A DNA stretch of 37,604 nt. It comes from an uncultured bacterium (GTDB lineage Bacteria > JAJVIF01 > JAPKYR01). The stretch is from assembly GCA_965369865.1 (NCBI GenBank), contig CBDURU010000022.1:1-37604 (forward strand), given 5' to 3'. Positions within the stretch are counted from its first letter, which is position 1, and each line of letters begins with the position of its first letter. The notes under the pieces are model-generated. The model saw only the letters and a program-made list of their open reading frames with translations. It had not been told where the DNA came from and did not search any database. Made by a program: the position numbers and the translations under genes. Of the stretch, positions 8,955 through 17,017 are shown piece after piece.

Positions 8955-10304
8955 ATGACCACTAACCTGAATGAAGAGCAACTTATTAAAAAAGCGGAGC
9001 AGCCTGGGAAAGATGCCATGCAGCTTCATCCGTTTTACAAAGGTAAGATAGAAATCGCCCCGAAGTGCTGTGTGCGCGATTTCGATGATTTCGCTATCTG
9101 GTACACACCCGGGGTCGCAAAACCATGCCTTGATATTAAAGAAAATCCGGAATCGGTTTACCAGCACACCAATAAGGCGAATTTTGTCGCCGTGGTTTCA
9201 GATGGCACTCGTGTTCTGGGGCTTGGTGATATCGGTCCCGAGGCCGGTCTGCCTGTCATGGAAGGCAAGGCGATTCTTTTTAAATATCTTGGCGGCGTAG
9301 ATGCGTTCCCGATCTGTATAGATGCCCACGATCCCGATGAAATTATTGATTTCGTCCTGAAACTCCAGCCGACTTTCGGAGGCATAAATCTTGAGGACAT
9401 CTCCCAACCGAAATGCTTCAAGGTGCTGGACGATCTCAGGGAGAAAGCTCGAATCCCGATCTGGCACGACGACCAGCAGGGTACCGCCGCGGTCACGCTT
9501 GCGGGACTAATCAACGCTCTCAAGATTGTCGGAAAGAAAATTGATGATATAAATATCGTATTCAACGGTGCCGGCGCGAGTAATATAGCTATCTCCAGAC
9601 TTATCATTTCCGCAGGCGCGGATCCTAAAAAGATGATCCTGATCGACTCCAAGGGAACCCTGCATCCCGGCCGCGACGACCTTAAGGTGAAATTCCCCCA
9701 GAAATGGCACTACTGCCAGACAACCAATGGTGCAGGCCTGGTGGGCGATTGCTCCGACGCTATTAAGGGCGCCGACGTATTAATCTCGCTCTCAAAATCC
9801 GGTCCGGGCGTTATTCAACCGGAATGGATTTCATCAATGGGCGATGACTCGATCGTATTTGTCTGCGCGAACCCGGTACCTGAAATCTGGCCATGGAAAG
9901 CCAAGGACGCCGGAGCGCGAATTGTGGCTACAGGGCGCAGCGATTTCCCGAACCAGGTCAATAACTCGCTCGGATTCCCGGGTATCTTCCGCGGTACGCT
10001 CGATGTCATGGCGACAACGATCACAGACGAGATGTGTATCGCGGCAAGTTACGAGCTCGCGAAAACCGCGGAAGACAAGGGTATGCACGATGACTACCTG
10101 ATCCCGACAATGGACGAATGGGAAGTATTCCCCCGTGAAGCTGTCGCGGTCGGACAGAAAGCGATCGAACAGGGCGTCGCGAGAATAAAATTAAGTCCGG
10201 ATGAAGCGTTCAAAGTTGCGGAAGATATGATCAGCCGTGCCCGTAAGCAATACTCGGTACTTTACGAAAATGGCATCATCCCTGCCCCACCCGAGCGGGA
10301 CTAA
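8955..10304 (+). CDS. NAD(P)-dependent malic enzyme (short type, no PTA domain)
   Basis: YTPGVA, VAVVSDGTRVLGLGDIG, PVMEGKA, INLEDI, HDDQQGTA, GAGAS, ANPVPEI and GRSDFPNQVNN. RBS GGAG upstream. Confidence 0.95.
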   Translation: MTTNLNEEQLIKKAEQPGKDAMQLHPFYKGKIEIAPKCCVRDFDDFAIWYTPGVAKPCLDIKENPESVYQHTNKANFVAVVSDGTRVLGLGDIGPEAGLPVMEGKAILFKYLGGVDAFPICIDAHDPDEIIDFVLKLQPTFGGINLEDISQPKCFKVLDDLREKARIPIWHDDQQGTAAVTLAGLINALKIVGKKIDDINIVFNGAGASNIAISRLIISAGADPKKMILIDSKGTLHPGRDDLKVKFPQKWHYCQTTNGAGLVGDCSDAIKGADVLISLSKSGPGVIQPEWISSMGDDSIVFVCANPVPEIWPWKAKDAGARIVATGRSDFPNQVNNSLGFPGIFRGTLDVMATTITDEMCIAASYELAKTAEDKGMHDDYLIPTMDEWEVFPREAVAVGQKAIEQGVARIKLSPDEAFKVAEDMISRARKQYSVLYENGIIPAPPERD

Positions 10305-10416
10305 TGTAACTTGCGCATTCTGCATAAGATTCCCCTGGCGCGGGGCTTTTAAATTGTATTGGTCTTAATTCCTGTTATCCTCCTCCGGTTCCGTTCCTCG
10401 TATTCGTTAAGATTTT

Positions 10417-10704
10417 GTAAAATATTTTCCGGATCCTGGCGCTCGAGTTGCTCGAAACTTCTATCCAATGATCTAAGCAAGATCATGAAGCTCCCCCGGC
10501 CTGACGAAGAAGGAAGTCTCTTCTTTTTGTAATCTGGTCTAAAGAATTGACCATGTCAGACCGTGATACATCCTCCGCAAGGAGGTGTTCTCAGATGACG
10601 TCGAGCATCGGCGAGCTGATATTCGAGCGCCAGGAATACATCCGGTTAAGACCCACTACCGATATAGGGGGCCTGCCCTGCAGGGGCTAAATATTTTACC
10701 TCTA
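10417..10704 (-). ncRNA. Candidate structured ncRNA (~290 nt), family not recognised
   Basis: Nested long-range complementarity: 10417-27/10689-99, 10429-33/10641-45, 10434-46/10623-35 and 10449-55/10601-07. Six local hairpins. G-U pairs favour the minus strand, and a promoter lies directly upstream. Confidence 0.6.
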
Positions 10705-10710
10705 TGGGGT

Positions 10711-10739
10711 AATATAGCATATTTTTGGTATTTTGTCAA
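10711..10739 (-). promoter_or_regulatory. Near-consensus sigma70 promoter pointing into the structured region
   Basis: The minus strand reads TTGACA-17 nt-TATATT, with an extended -10 TG. Confidence 0.75.
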
Positions 10740-10790
10740 GTACTGGCAAGGGAAAAATGGGATTTTTGGAGGATTTTTGTTGGGGGATTG

Positions 10791-10859
10791 GTAGCCCCAC
10801 ATCTATCTGATGTGGGAGGGGATGGATATGGAACCCATATCACATAGATATGGGTCTAC
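10791..10859. repeat. Inverted pair of GTAG-type REP-like hairpins (REPIN-like doublet)
   Basis: GTAGCCCCACATCTATCTGATGTGGG on + and GTAGACCCATATCTATGTGATATGGG on -. The stems differ by a compensatory C-G to T-A change. Confidence 0.7.
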
Positions 10860-10967
10860 CGCTCATATAAATTACCTGAAATCATGCCAGGGTAGAACGA
10901 AATTGGGATTACACGCTATGCCTAAAACATAGTTTGCTGTCCCACTATAACGTATAATTTCTTTGGC

Positions 10968-12584
10968 ATGGATAATGTGGCCAGAAATTTCATTAAGGCA
11001 TTTGTTCTATCATCAATCTTACTCTCCATATTTGTTTTTCAAACTTCCTGCCAGAAGGATATCCAAAGCTCTGATCTGACAGATGAGCAGGTCGAATTGC
11101 TTCTTACGAATTGTTTCATCCGGAATTACCACTCCTATGACATGTTCGAGTTGATTAAGTATGGAAACCAGCCAGACTTGCATGATGCTATACTTGAAAA
11201 AGCTAATAATGGCAGTCCTAATGACCAGGCCCTTGCAAATTTCATTCTGTTTAAACTCAGAGACGATCCGGAGCGCAGGCTCAGGTTTCTTATTAATAGA
11301 ATAGAAACTCTTACAGGTACAGCACAAACACGTGTAAAATTTCTAATGTACAAATTATATCCTGAATATGATCTAGATTACTTGCCTATACTCCTTGAAG
11401 CTGCAGATTCAGATCATCTTGTAACCAGGCAGACCGCCCTTGACACAATCAGGAGATTCTGGAGGGATCCCAGGGCTCTTGAGATACTCCTTGAATCTCT
11501 AACTGATGAAGATCCTCAGATTAGGAATGCAGGATTTGGTTCTCTTTATCATGACACATCAGCTGCGGCTGAAATGAGCCAGAATCCTGATGTAATCAAC
11601 AGAGTGACGTCTTTACTTGACCATGAAGACCAGTCGATACGGAATAGTGCATTCTATGCTTATTCGGCACTTGGTGATCCGGACGAAGTAATCCCATTTT
11701 TACTTGACTACCTTGATAATGAAAACCTTCGCAATACTGCGTTAATAAAATTATGTAAAATTGCACCACCTGAATTGATAAAACCAATAATATTCGATGC
11801 GCTTAATGATCCTGATGAGGTCTTTGTTCGTAATGCAATCGACACAATGAGATATTTAATTCTGGAACAGGAAATTCTCGATATATTAGTTTCTTTTATA
11901 GAGGAGCGAGAATCACCCTCCCACGTAAACGCTGCAACCAGGGTGTTAGCCTTGTTTGACCCTGATGGATTAATAGTTGCACCATTGCTTATTAACTATT
12001 TTCAGGATACAAACGAATTATCCCCCTTAATTGCATTGAGTAGATTGGGACCTGATTCTGAAGATGCTATCGCTCTCTTTGGCACAATCCTTCAAAGACA
12101 GCTCCAACCTCTCCCCAGTACCGATGCATCCTGGCAAATCCAATATTCAATAACTGGCCTTGGAAACATCGGTAAACCGGCATCCGCGTATATCGATAAG
12201 ATACTCGATTATGCTCTGCTTTCGGATTTCAATTATCAACGTGTAGCAATACCCGCTTTACGTGGTTTTGGTGAAGAAGCCAGATGGACTGGAAATACTC
12301 TGGAAAGCCTAATAGGCCGAACTGATGATCCTGAGTGGGAAAAAGACATCCGGGTAACATTGTATAAAATCGATTATGAACCTGAAAAACAATTGGAAAT
12401 TTTGCTCGACATGGCTGAAAACCATTTTGGTGAAGAACGCTTTCAAGGTGTCATTGGATTGGGTGAAATCGGCCCGGATGCCGAAGAAGCATTGCCACTG
12501 CTCTATGATCACTTACAGTATGCAGTAGGGGGTTTCAGGGATTACATTCAGGATTCAATCGTTTCTATTGAAAATCCTGATTAA
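10968..12584 (+). CDS. HEAT-repeat protein, probable lipoprotein/exported
   Basis: Hydrophobic N-terminus ending FQTSC. Repeated LxDxDxxIRxxA helical motifs and LGEIGPDAEEALPLL. Confidence 0.85.
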   Translation: MDNVARNFIKAFVLSSILLSIFVFQTSCQKDIQSSDLTDEQVELLLTNCFIRNYHSYDMFELIKYGNQPDLHDAILEKANNGSPNDQALANFILFKLRDDPERRLRFLINRIETLTGTAQTRVKFLMYKLYPEYDLDYLPILLEAADSDHLVTRQTALDTIRRFWRDPRALEILLESLTDEDPQIRNAGFGSLYHDTSAAAEMSQNPDVINRVTSLLDHEDQSIRNSAFYAYSALGDPDEVIPFLLDYLDNENLRNTALIKLCKIAPPELIKPIIFDALNDPDEVFVRNAIDTMRYLILEQEILDILVSFIEERESPSHVNAATRVLALFDPDGLIVAPLLINYFQDTNELSPLIALSRLGPDSEDAIALFGTILQRQLQPLPSTDASWQIQYSITGLGNIGKPASAYIDKILDYALLSDFNYQRVAIPALRGFGEEARWTGNTLESLIGRTDDPEWEKDIRVTLYKIDYEPEKQLEILLDMAENHFGEERFQGVIGLGEIGPDAEEALPLLYDHLQYAVGGFRDYIQDSIVSIENPD

Positions 12585-12591
12585 AGTGTGC

Positions 12592-14160
12592 CTATCCCCC
12601 CACCCTCACCAGTACCTCAAACTTCCGGTTCTCATACACACTCTCGAATTCTGTTTCGAGTAGATTCTGTGTGTATTCAAAAGCCTCGGGGTGCTCAATC
12701 TCCAGCAGTGCAAACCATCCCCTGAAATGCGGTTCAAGGACAATTATATCCGGACTTCTGCCGCTGAAATACCCCAGCGCGGGATCTTCTATCAGAATGT
12801 AATCACTCGTACCTGTGTTGAATCCAGGTTCGAAAGTATCGCCTTCGAGTCCAGGTTCGAATGTACCGCTGTTGAATCCAAGTTCGAACGCAAGCTCTGA
12901 ACCTCCCATAATAATTTGGGGATCGTCGTCCGACTCAAAGTTATTATAGAGTTCCCTGATTTTTTCAATTGCGGGAAGATACACATTATGATAGCTGTCA
13001 TCCTGTATACGCCTTACATCGCTTCCGACCTGCATCGCGCAAATAACGATCAGAATAGTAACAGCGACAAATTTCGTTATTCTGGAAAACTGAATCAGGT
13101 AGACTGCGGAAATTGCTGCAAATGCTGTGTAGAGGGGAAGAATATAAACCATGTACCGCGCCCATTTATTTCCAATCAGGAAAACCATCACGAGGAAAAA
13201 TACATAGAACAGGATTAACAATGCATTCAGTTTCCTGTCCCGGTTTTTTCCGGCGATGAAAATCGATCCGATGACACCGCCAAAATATGTCAGGAGCGCG
13301 AACAGTTTCAATTTCGCAAGGATCGATGAGCCAGCCGACCAGCCGTACGCATAGAGGTAACGCTCCACAAACTCAGACCTGACAGCATCGATTATCGATC
13401 GAGACCCAACCTTCCCAAGAAAATTCACGCTGAACTGATCCCAGAACGCGGTCGGATTTTGTAAGATGTAAATCCCCCACCCTGCCGCACCGACAAAATA
13501 CGGGATTACCGCAAGCAGGACATGCCCGGTTACAATATTTTTCCGATCGAGGCAGATATTCAGAAAAATCATCCCGAAAAGCGCGAGGATACCATTCGGA
13601 TGTGTCAGGCCGCTTAAAACTACAAGCAAATGCCCCACCAGCATTGCCTTACCGAGATTTTTCTCCCTCGTAAACAGATAGAAAGCAAAAGCGGCAAACG
13701 CGAAGGCGGTCGACATCATGTCCATGCGTCCGTCCGACGCGGATTCGATGAAAGTGACATCGATGCCGGTAAGGAACATCGCGAGCAGGGCCATCCAGTA
13801 ATTATCGGTAACCTTCCTTACAATCGTAAAAATCGAAACCAGGCAGATCAGCCCGAAGAAAATCGACAGGAACCGCATTGAGAACAGGCCGTCCGGGAAA
13901 ATTGTATACCAGCCAGCCTGGATTATGAAATGAACAGGCGGCTGCCAGTAGGTGTAGCGGTCCATCTTCGTCCATGGGGTTCCGACCATCTCTTTTATGG
14001 ACGTACCCATATGGCCGTTCTCGATCAGATTAATCGCGGGGGAGTAGAACCATGCCTCATCGGTGTACGGTTCTTTGGTAACCGCGGTCAGTCCAGCGAT
14101 CAGAAGATACACAAGGACGATCACAACGAACAGGACGGAATGTAATGTTAAACGAGCCAT
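12592..14160 (-). CDS. ArnT/PMT-like (GT-C fold) membrane glycosyltransferase
   Basis: DE motif after the first TM (YTDEAWF), YWQPP, RFLS, RMD and LTHPNG; many TM helices. Confidence 0.8.
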   Translation of the reverse strand: MARLTLHSVLFVVIVLVYLLIAGLTAVTKEPYTDEAWFYSPAINLIENGHMGTSIKEMVGTPWTKMDRYTYWQPPVHFIIQAGWYTIFPDGLFSMRFLSIFFGLICLVSIFTIVRKVTDNYWMALLAMFLTGIDVTFIESASDGRMDMMSTAFAFAAFAFYLFTREKNLGKAMLVGHLLVVLSGLTHPNGILALFGMIFLNICLDRKNIVTGHVLLAVIPYFVGAAGWGIYILQNPTAFWDQFSVNFLGKVGSRSIIDAVRSEFVERYLYAYGWSAGSSILAKLKLFALLTYFGGVIGSIFIAGKNRDRKLNALLILFYVFFLVMVFLIGNKWARYMVYILPLYTAFAAISAVYLIQFSRITKFVAVTILIVICAMQVGSDVRRIQDDSYHNVYLPAIEKIRELYNNFESDDDPQIIMGGSELAFELGFNSGTFEPGLEGDTFEPGFNTGTSDYILIEDPALGYFSGRSPDIIVLEPHFRGWFALLEIEHPEAFEYTQNLLETEFESVYENRKFEVLVRVGG

Positions 14161-14253
14161 TGTCAGGCAATGGCTGAATCATATTAGGGATGAAAATATA
14201 TGTCAAACGAAATCGCTGAAACTATCGGGGGAGTCACCCGCTGAAAAATCCGC

Positions 14254-14312
14254 GAAAAATCCGGGGACGCCTTTCCATTCGTCCTCGAATTGAAGGTGTC
14301 CCCGGATTTTTC
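14254..14312. repeat. Inverted repeat with a GGGAC(G/A)CC...GGTGTCCC core
   Basis: GAAAAATCCGGGGACGCCTT...AAGGTGTCCCGGATTTTTC. The core resembles the hairpin at 3693-3734. Confidence 0.65.
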
Positions 14313-14486
14313 CTGGTCGAGATCAGGCTGCGCCACTGCGGCGGTGATCTCCTCCTCGTTCTTCGCAGTGCGCTGCGCGTCGTTGAAATGCATCCAGTCG
14401 ATCCACTGGTCCTGGTCTAGATCGGTGACCTCGCGCCGCCTGACAACCTTTCCTGATGGTGACCTGAGATAATCAAAAATATACAC
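14310..14486 (-). pseudogene. Truncated Rhs core fragment (orphan cassette remnant)
   Basis: DYLRSPSGKVVRRREVTDLDQDQWIDWMHFNDAQRTAKNEEE is nearly identical to the N-terminus of the 14840-16258 ORF. Similarity stops after AQPD, and the reading frame runs on into repeat DNA to 14184. Confidence 0.75.
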
Positions 14487-14523
14487 TCAATACTGAGTCA
14501 CTTAGCTCATACCCAAGATCACT

Positions 14524-14838
14524 TCAAAAAAATTCGGGAAAAGTAATTATGAGTATATATATTTGAATCAAAGTACCACCAATTATTGATATCCGGATTA
14601 TGTGATTGAGTATGTTAGGTACTTTGGCAATCTCTTTTTTTAACGGGTAGACCAGCACAATTATCCCCACACCACCGATGTAATCACCAAAAACAGGATA
14701 ATAAGAACCGATAATATAAGTTGGATTACCCATTAAATACATGATGACGAAAATCAAAGGTAATAAAAACGCAATGCCACATCCAATTAGCAATCCTGTG
14801 AATTTTAGTAACCTTATATATGCAAATTTTTTAATCAT
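14524..14838 (-). CDS. Small membrane protein (about 3 TM), candidate Rhs immunity protein
   Basis: ATG lies 1 nt after the toxin ORF stop. AT-rich DNA; hydrophobic helices. Confidence 0.65.
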   Translation of the reverse strand: MIKKFAYIRLLKFTGLLIGCGIAFLLPLIFVIMYLMGNPTYIIGSYYPVFGDYIGGVGIIVLVYPLKKEIAKVPNILNHIIRISIIGGTLIQIYILIITFPEFF

Positions 14839-14839
14839 C

Positions 14840-16258
14840 TCATAAACAAGATATAACCATAGCCATAGCAGCTATTCCGCATGCCAAAGTACCAGCAGCA
14901 TAAACCACCGAAGCCGATCCCCAACCAGCCCAGAAATTCCATGTAATTATACCCACTAATAATCCAGTAATGGTTGAGACTGTTCCAGCAGCTTTCACAC
15001 ATTTGGACCATATACAACAAGCACCGCGTATGCACTGCCAAAGATCCCCTTGCAAACTACATGGGTTACTTGGATTATAAGGATTAACTCCCAGCAGTCC
15101 AAGTAGGTCACACGCAAATCCAATACCCCTATTTGTTAACCATGAGACAATTCCCATGCCAGTTGGTATTTTCCATTCAGGTGGCGGAATGAGTCCTCGA
15201 GGTAAATTACCAATTGTCAAAGCTCCCTGGGTCATATTTGTGGGTCCAACCCAATAACTGCTACTGAATGTGTGTATCCCTTCCGTAATTCCCAGTGGTG
15301 AGTGAAGATCCAATGATAGCATTAATTCCCATGGCAATCGCTCCGGAAAACCATTACCTGGAATAGGATAAAGGGGTAGTATCCATGGTCTGTCTCCTCC
15401 ATCTCCCCCTGGCCCATACGATGGTGGGCCATAAATTGGCCTGCGATTACCTCCTGAAGGCACATCTCCCATTGGTGAAGGGTGGTTCTCACCCCCATAT
15501 TTAGCATTTTCACACCAGACATGGCACTCACAATTTGTCATATCGCCATAATATGGGATTAAGCATACAGCATCACACCAAGGGTCAGCTTCAATACCGT
15601 TTTTACCAACGCAACACATATAACATGTCTTTGGGAAACAACCTGAGTTATCAGGCCAGGGAATGATACAATTTCCGGGATCTACTTCCTGCCCTTCTGG
15701 ATTAAGATCTTTAGAAACACCAGCAAGGTTGTGGCCACCTAATGTGCCAGCACCCCCTCCCCCCAAACCGCAGCACTGATACCCGCTCGTGTCCGAGTAC
15801 TGCGTCGGCTGGTTGTAAGCGTACTGGTACGGGTTGTGCGCGAGCGGGAACATCGGATTCGGCGCGCGGTAATTGTTCACCGGGTCGCGCTGCAGGAAAC
15901 GCCCGAACGCCGGCGAATAGTGCCGCACGCCCATCCTGCTCAAGTACCCGCGATCCGAATCCGCCGCCGTATTCAATTCCTTGTCCTCCAGAAATGCCCC
16001 CTGCCACTGGATGTGATTCTCGTCCGTCGATGTGACCGCCGACACCGGCAGAGGCTCACCCGCCGCGCTCACCGCGTAGCCGATATCCGGCTGCGCAATT
16101 GCGGTGCTGACCTCCTCCTCGTTCTTCACCGTGCGCTGAGCATCGTTGAAGTGCAGGTGGTCGGTCCACTGGTCCTGGTCGAGATCGGTGACCTCGCGAC
16201 GCCTGACAACCTTCCCCGACGGCGAACGTAGGTAATCCCACTTGATGTCGTCTGTCAC
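14840..16258 (-). CDS. Rhs repeat-associated core fragment plus Cys-rich C-terminal putative toxin
   Basis: GVRHYSPAFGRFLQRDP and NPYQYAYNQPTQYSDTSG match the Rhs core end. GC content drops visibly just after this motif (~15780). The GTG start has no clear RBS. Confidence 0.85.
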   Translation of the reverse strand: MTDDIKWDYLRSPSGKVVRRREVTDLDQDQWTDHLHFNDAQRTVKNEEEVSTAIAQPDIGYAVSAAGEPLPVSAVTSTDENHIQWQGAFLEDKELNTAADSDRGYLSRMGVRHYSPAFGRFLQRDPVNNYRAPNPMFPLAHNPYQYAYNQPTQYSDTSGYQCCGLGGGGAGTLGGHNLAGVSKDLNPEGQEVDPGNCIIPWPDNSGCFPKTCYMCCVGKNGIEADPWCDAVCLIPYYGDMTNCECHVWCENAKYGGENHPSPMGDVPSGGNRRPIYGPPSYGPGGDGGDRPWILPLYPIPGNGFPERLPWELMLSLDLHSPLGITEGIHTFSSSYWVGPTNMTQGALTIGNLPRGLIPPPEWKIPTGMGIVSWLTNRGIGFACDLLGLLGVNPYNPSNPCSLQGDLWQCIRGACCIWSKCVKAAGTVSTITGLLVGIITWNFWAGWGSASVVYAAGTLACGIAAMAMVISCL

Positions 16259-16291
16259 TTCCGGATCGAGTAAATCGAATTCCTAGCTATT

Positions 16292-16603
16292 TTAAAAAGG
16301 TAATTCCTGTTTTAATTGCCAGATTTGGATAATATGCCAAACACAAATTACTACTAGGACTGTCAGATAAATCACTAAAAATTTTTTTATCTCCATTTTT
16401 TCAATGATTTTCCTATAGGAAGAAAGTAAAAAAACCGCACAAACTATCCCTGTTGTCCACGATGACATGGTTGTGATCCACACGAAATCTCCTAACCAAA
16501 AGTATTCCCAATTATCTTTGTAAAGGTAATATGTGATAACTGGAAATAAAGCTGTAAAGGTAAAAAGTACCAAACATATATATAAAAATATGTAGCTTAT
16601 CAT
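16292..16603 (-). CDS. Small membrane protein (about 3 TM), candidate orphan immunity protein
   Basis: 103 aa, AT-rich and hydrophobic. Same size and similar topology as 14524-14838, and likewise followed within ~40 nt by an Rhs core fragment. Confidence 0.6.
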   Translation of the reverse strand: MISYIFLYICLVLFTFTALFPVITYYLYKDNWEYFWLGDFVWITTMSSWTTGIVCAVFLLSSYRKIIEKMEIKKFLVIYLTVLVVICVWHIIQIWQLKQELPF

Positions 16604-16749
16604 TTTCGTGCCTGCTTGATTCCCTGACCCATTATCCGAAATTTTACCACAAAACTATCACCCGGGAGCGATACACGGGCGAATAAAAATTGAGAGGAGT
16701 CACCATAAGGTGATTCACCTCTAAAATCCGGGACGGATTGTAGAGGCGA

Positions 16750-16874
16750 CACGGGAATTTTGTAATAAATTATTCAGGTCAAAAGAGTTGTTGAAGGATA
16801 CAAGGTGATTCACGGGAATTTTGTAATAAATTATTCAGGTTAAAAGGGTTGTTGAAGGATACAAGGCGATTCAC
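16750..16874. repeat. 61-bp tandem duplication
   Basis: CACGGGAATTTTGTAATAAATTATTCAGGT(C/T)AAAAG(A/G)GTTGTTGAAGGATACAAGG(T/C)GATT at 16750 and 16811, with 3 mismatches. Confidence 0.9.
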
Positions 16875-17017
16875 CTTTAATTTCGGAGAACGATTGGTTT
16901 TCTAACCTGTTACCATCCCCTCATCGGCTATCCAATCATCATTCAACCGGGAATCAAGTTGCGATTGGAATTTCTCTAAGGTAAAGTAATCGAAAGAGAC
17001 AGGTTCTGGAAAAGAAA

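Noticed and set aside
10417..10704. SRP RNA, tmRNA, RNase P RNA, lysine riboswitch or hammerhead assignment
   Set aside because: There is no complete helix-8 motif, no tRNA-like ends and no GAGGAAAGUCC. CTGACGA at 10501 lacks the downstream GAAA core. Only short chance-level matches were found.
10585..10794. 69-aa plus-strand ORF
   Set aside because: It runs antisense through the structured region and promoter, and its apparent RBS is one arm of a hairpin. It has no protein-like features.
14310..16258. Diversity-generating retroelement template/variable repeat pair
   Set aside because: Mismatches between the two copies are mostly synonymous and not adenine-specific, and no reverse transcriptase is present.
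16700..16880. Degenerate CRISPR array
   Set aside because: The sequences between motifs are duplicates of each other rather than unique spacers, and the spacing is irregular.
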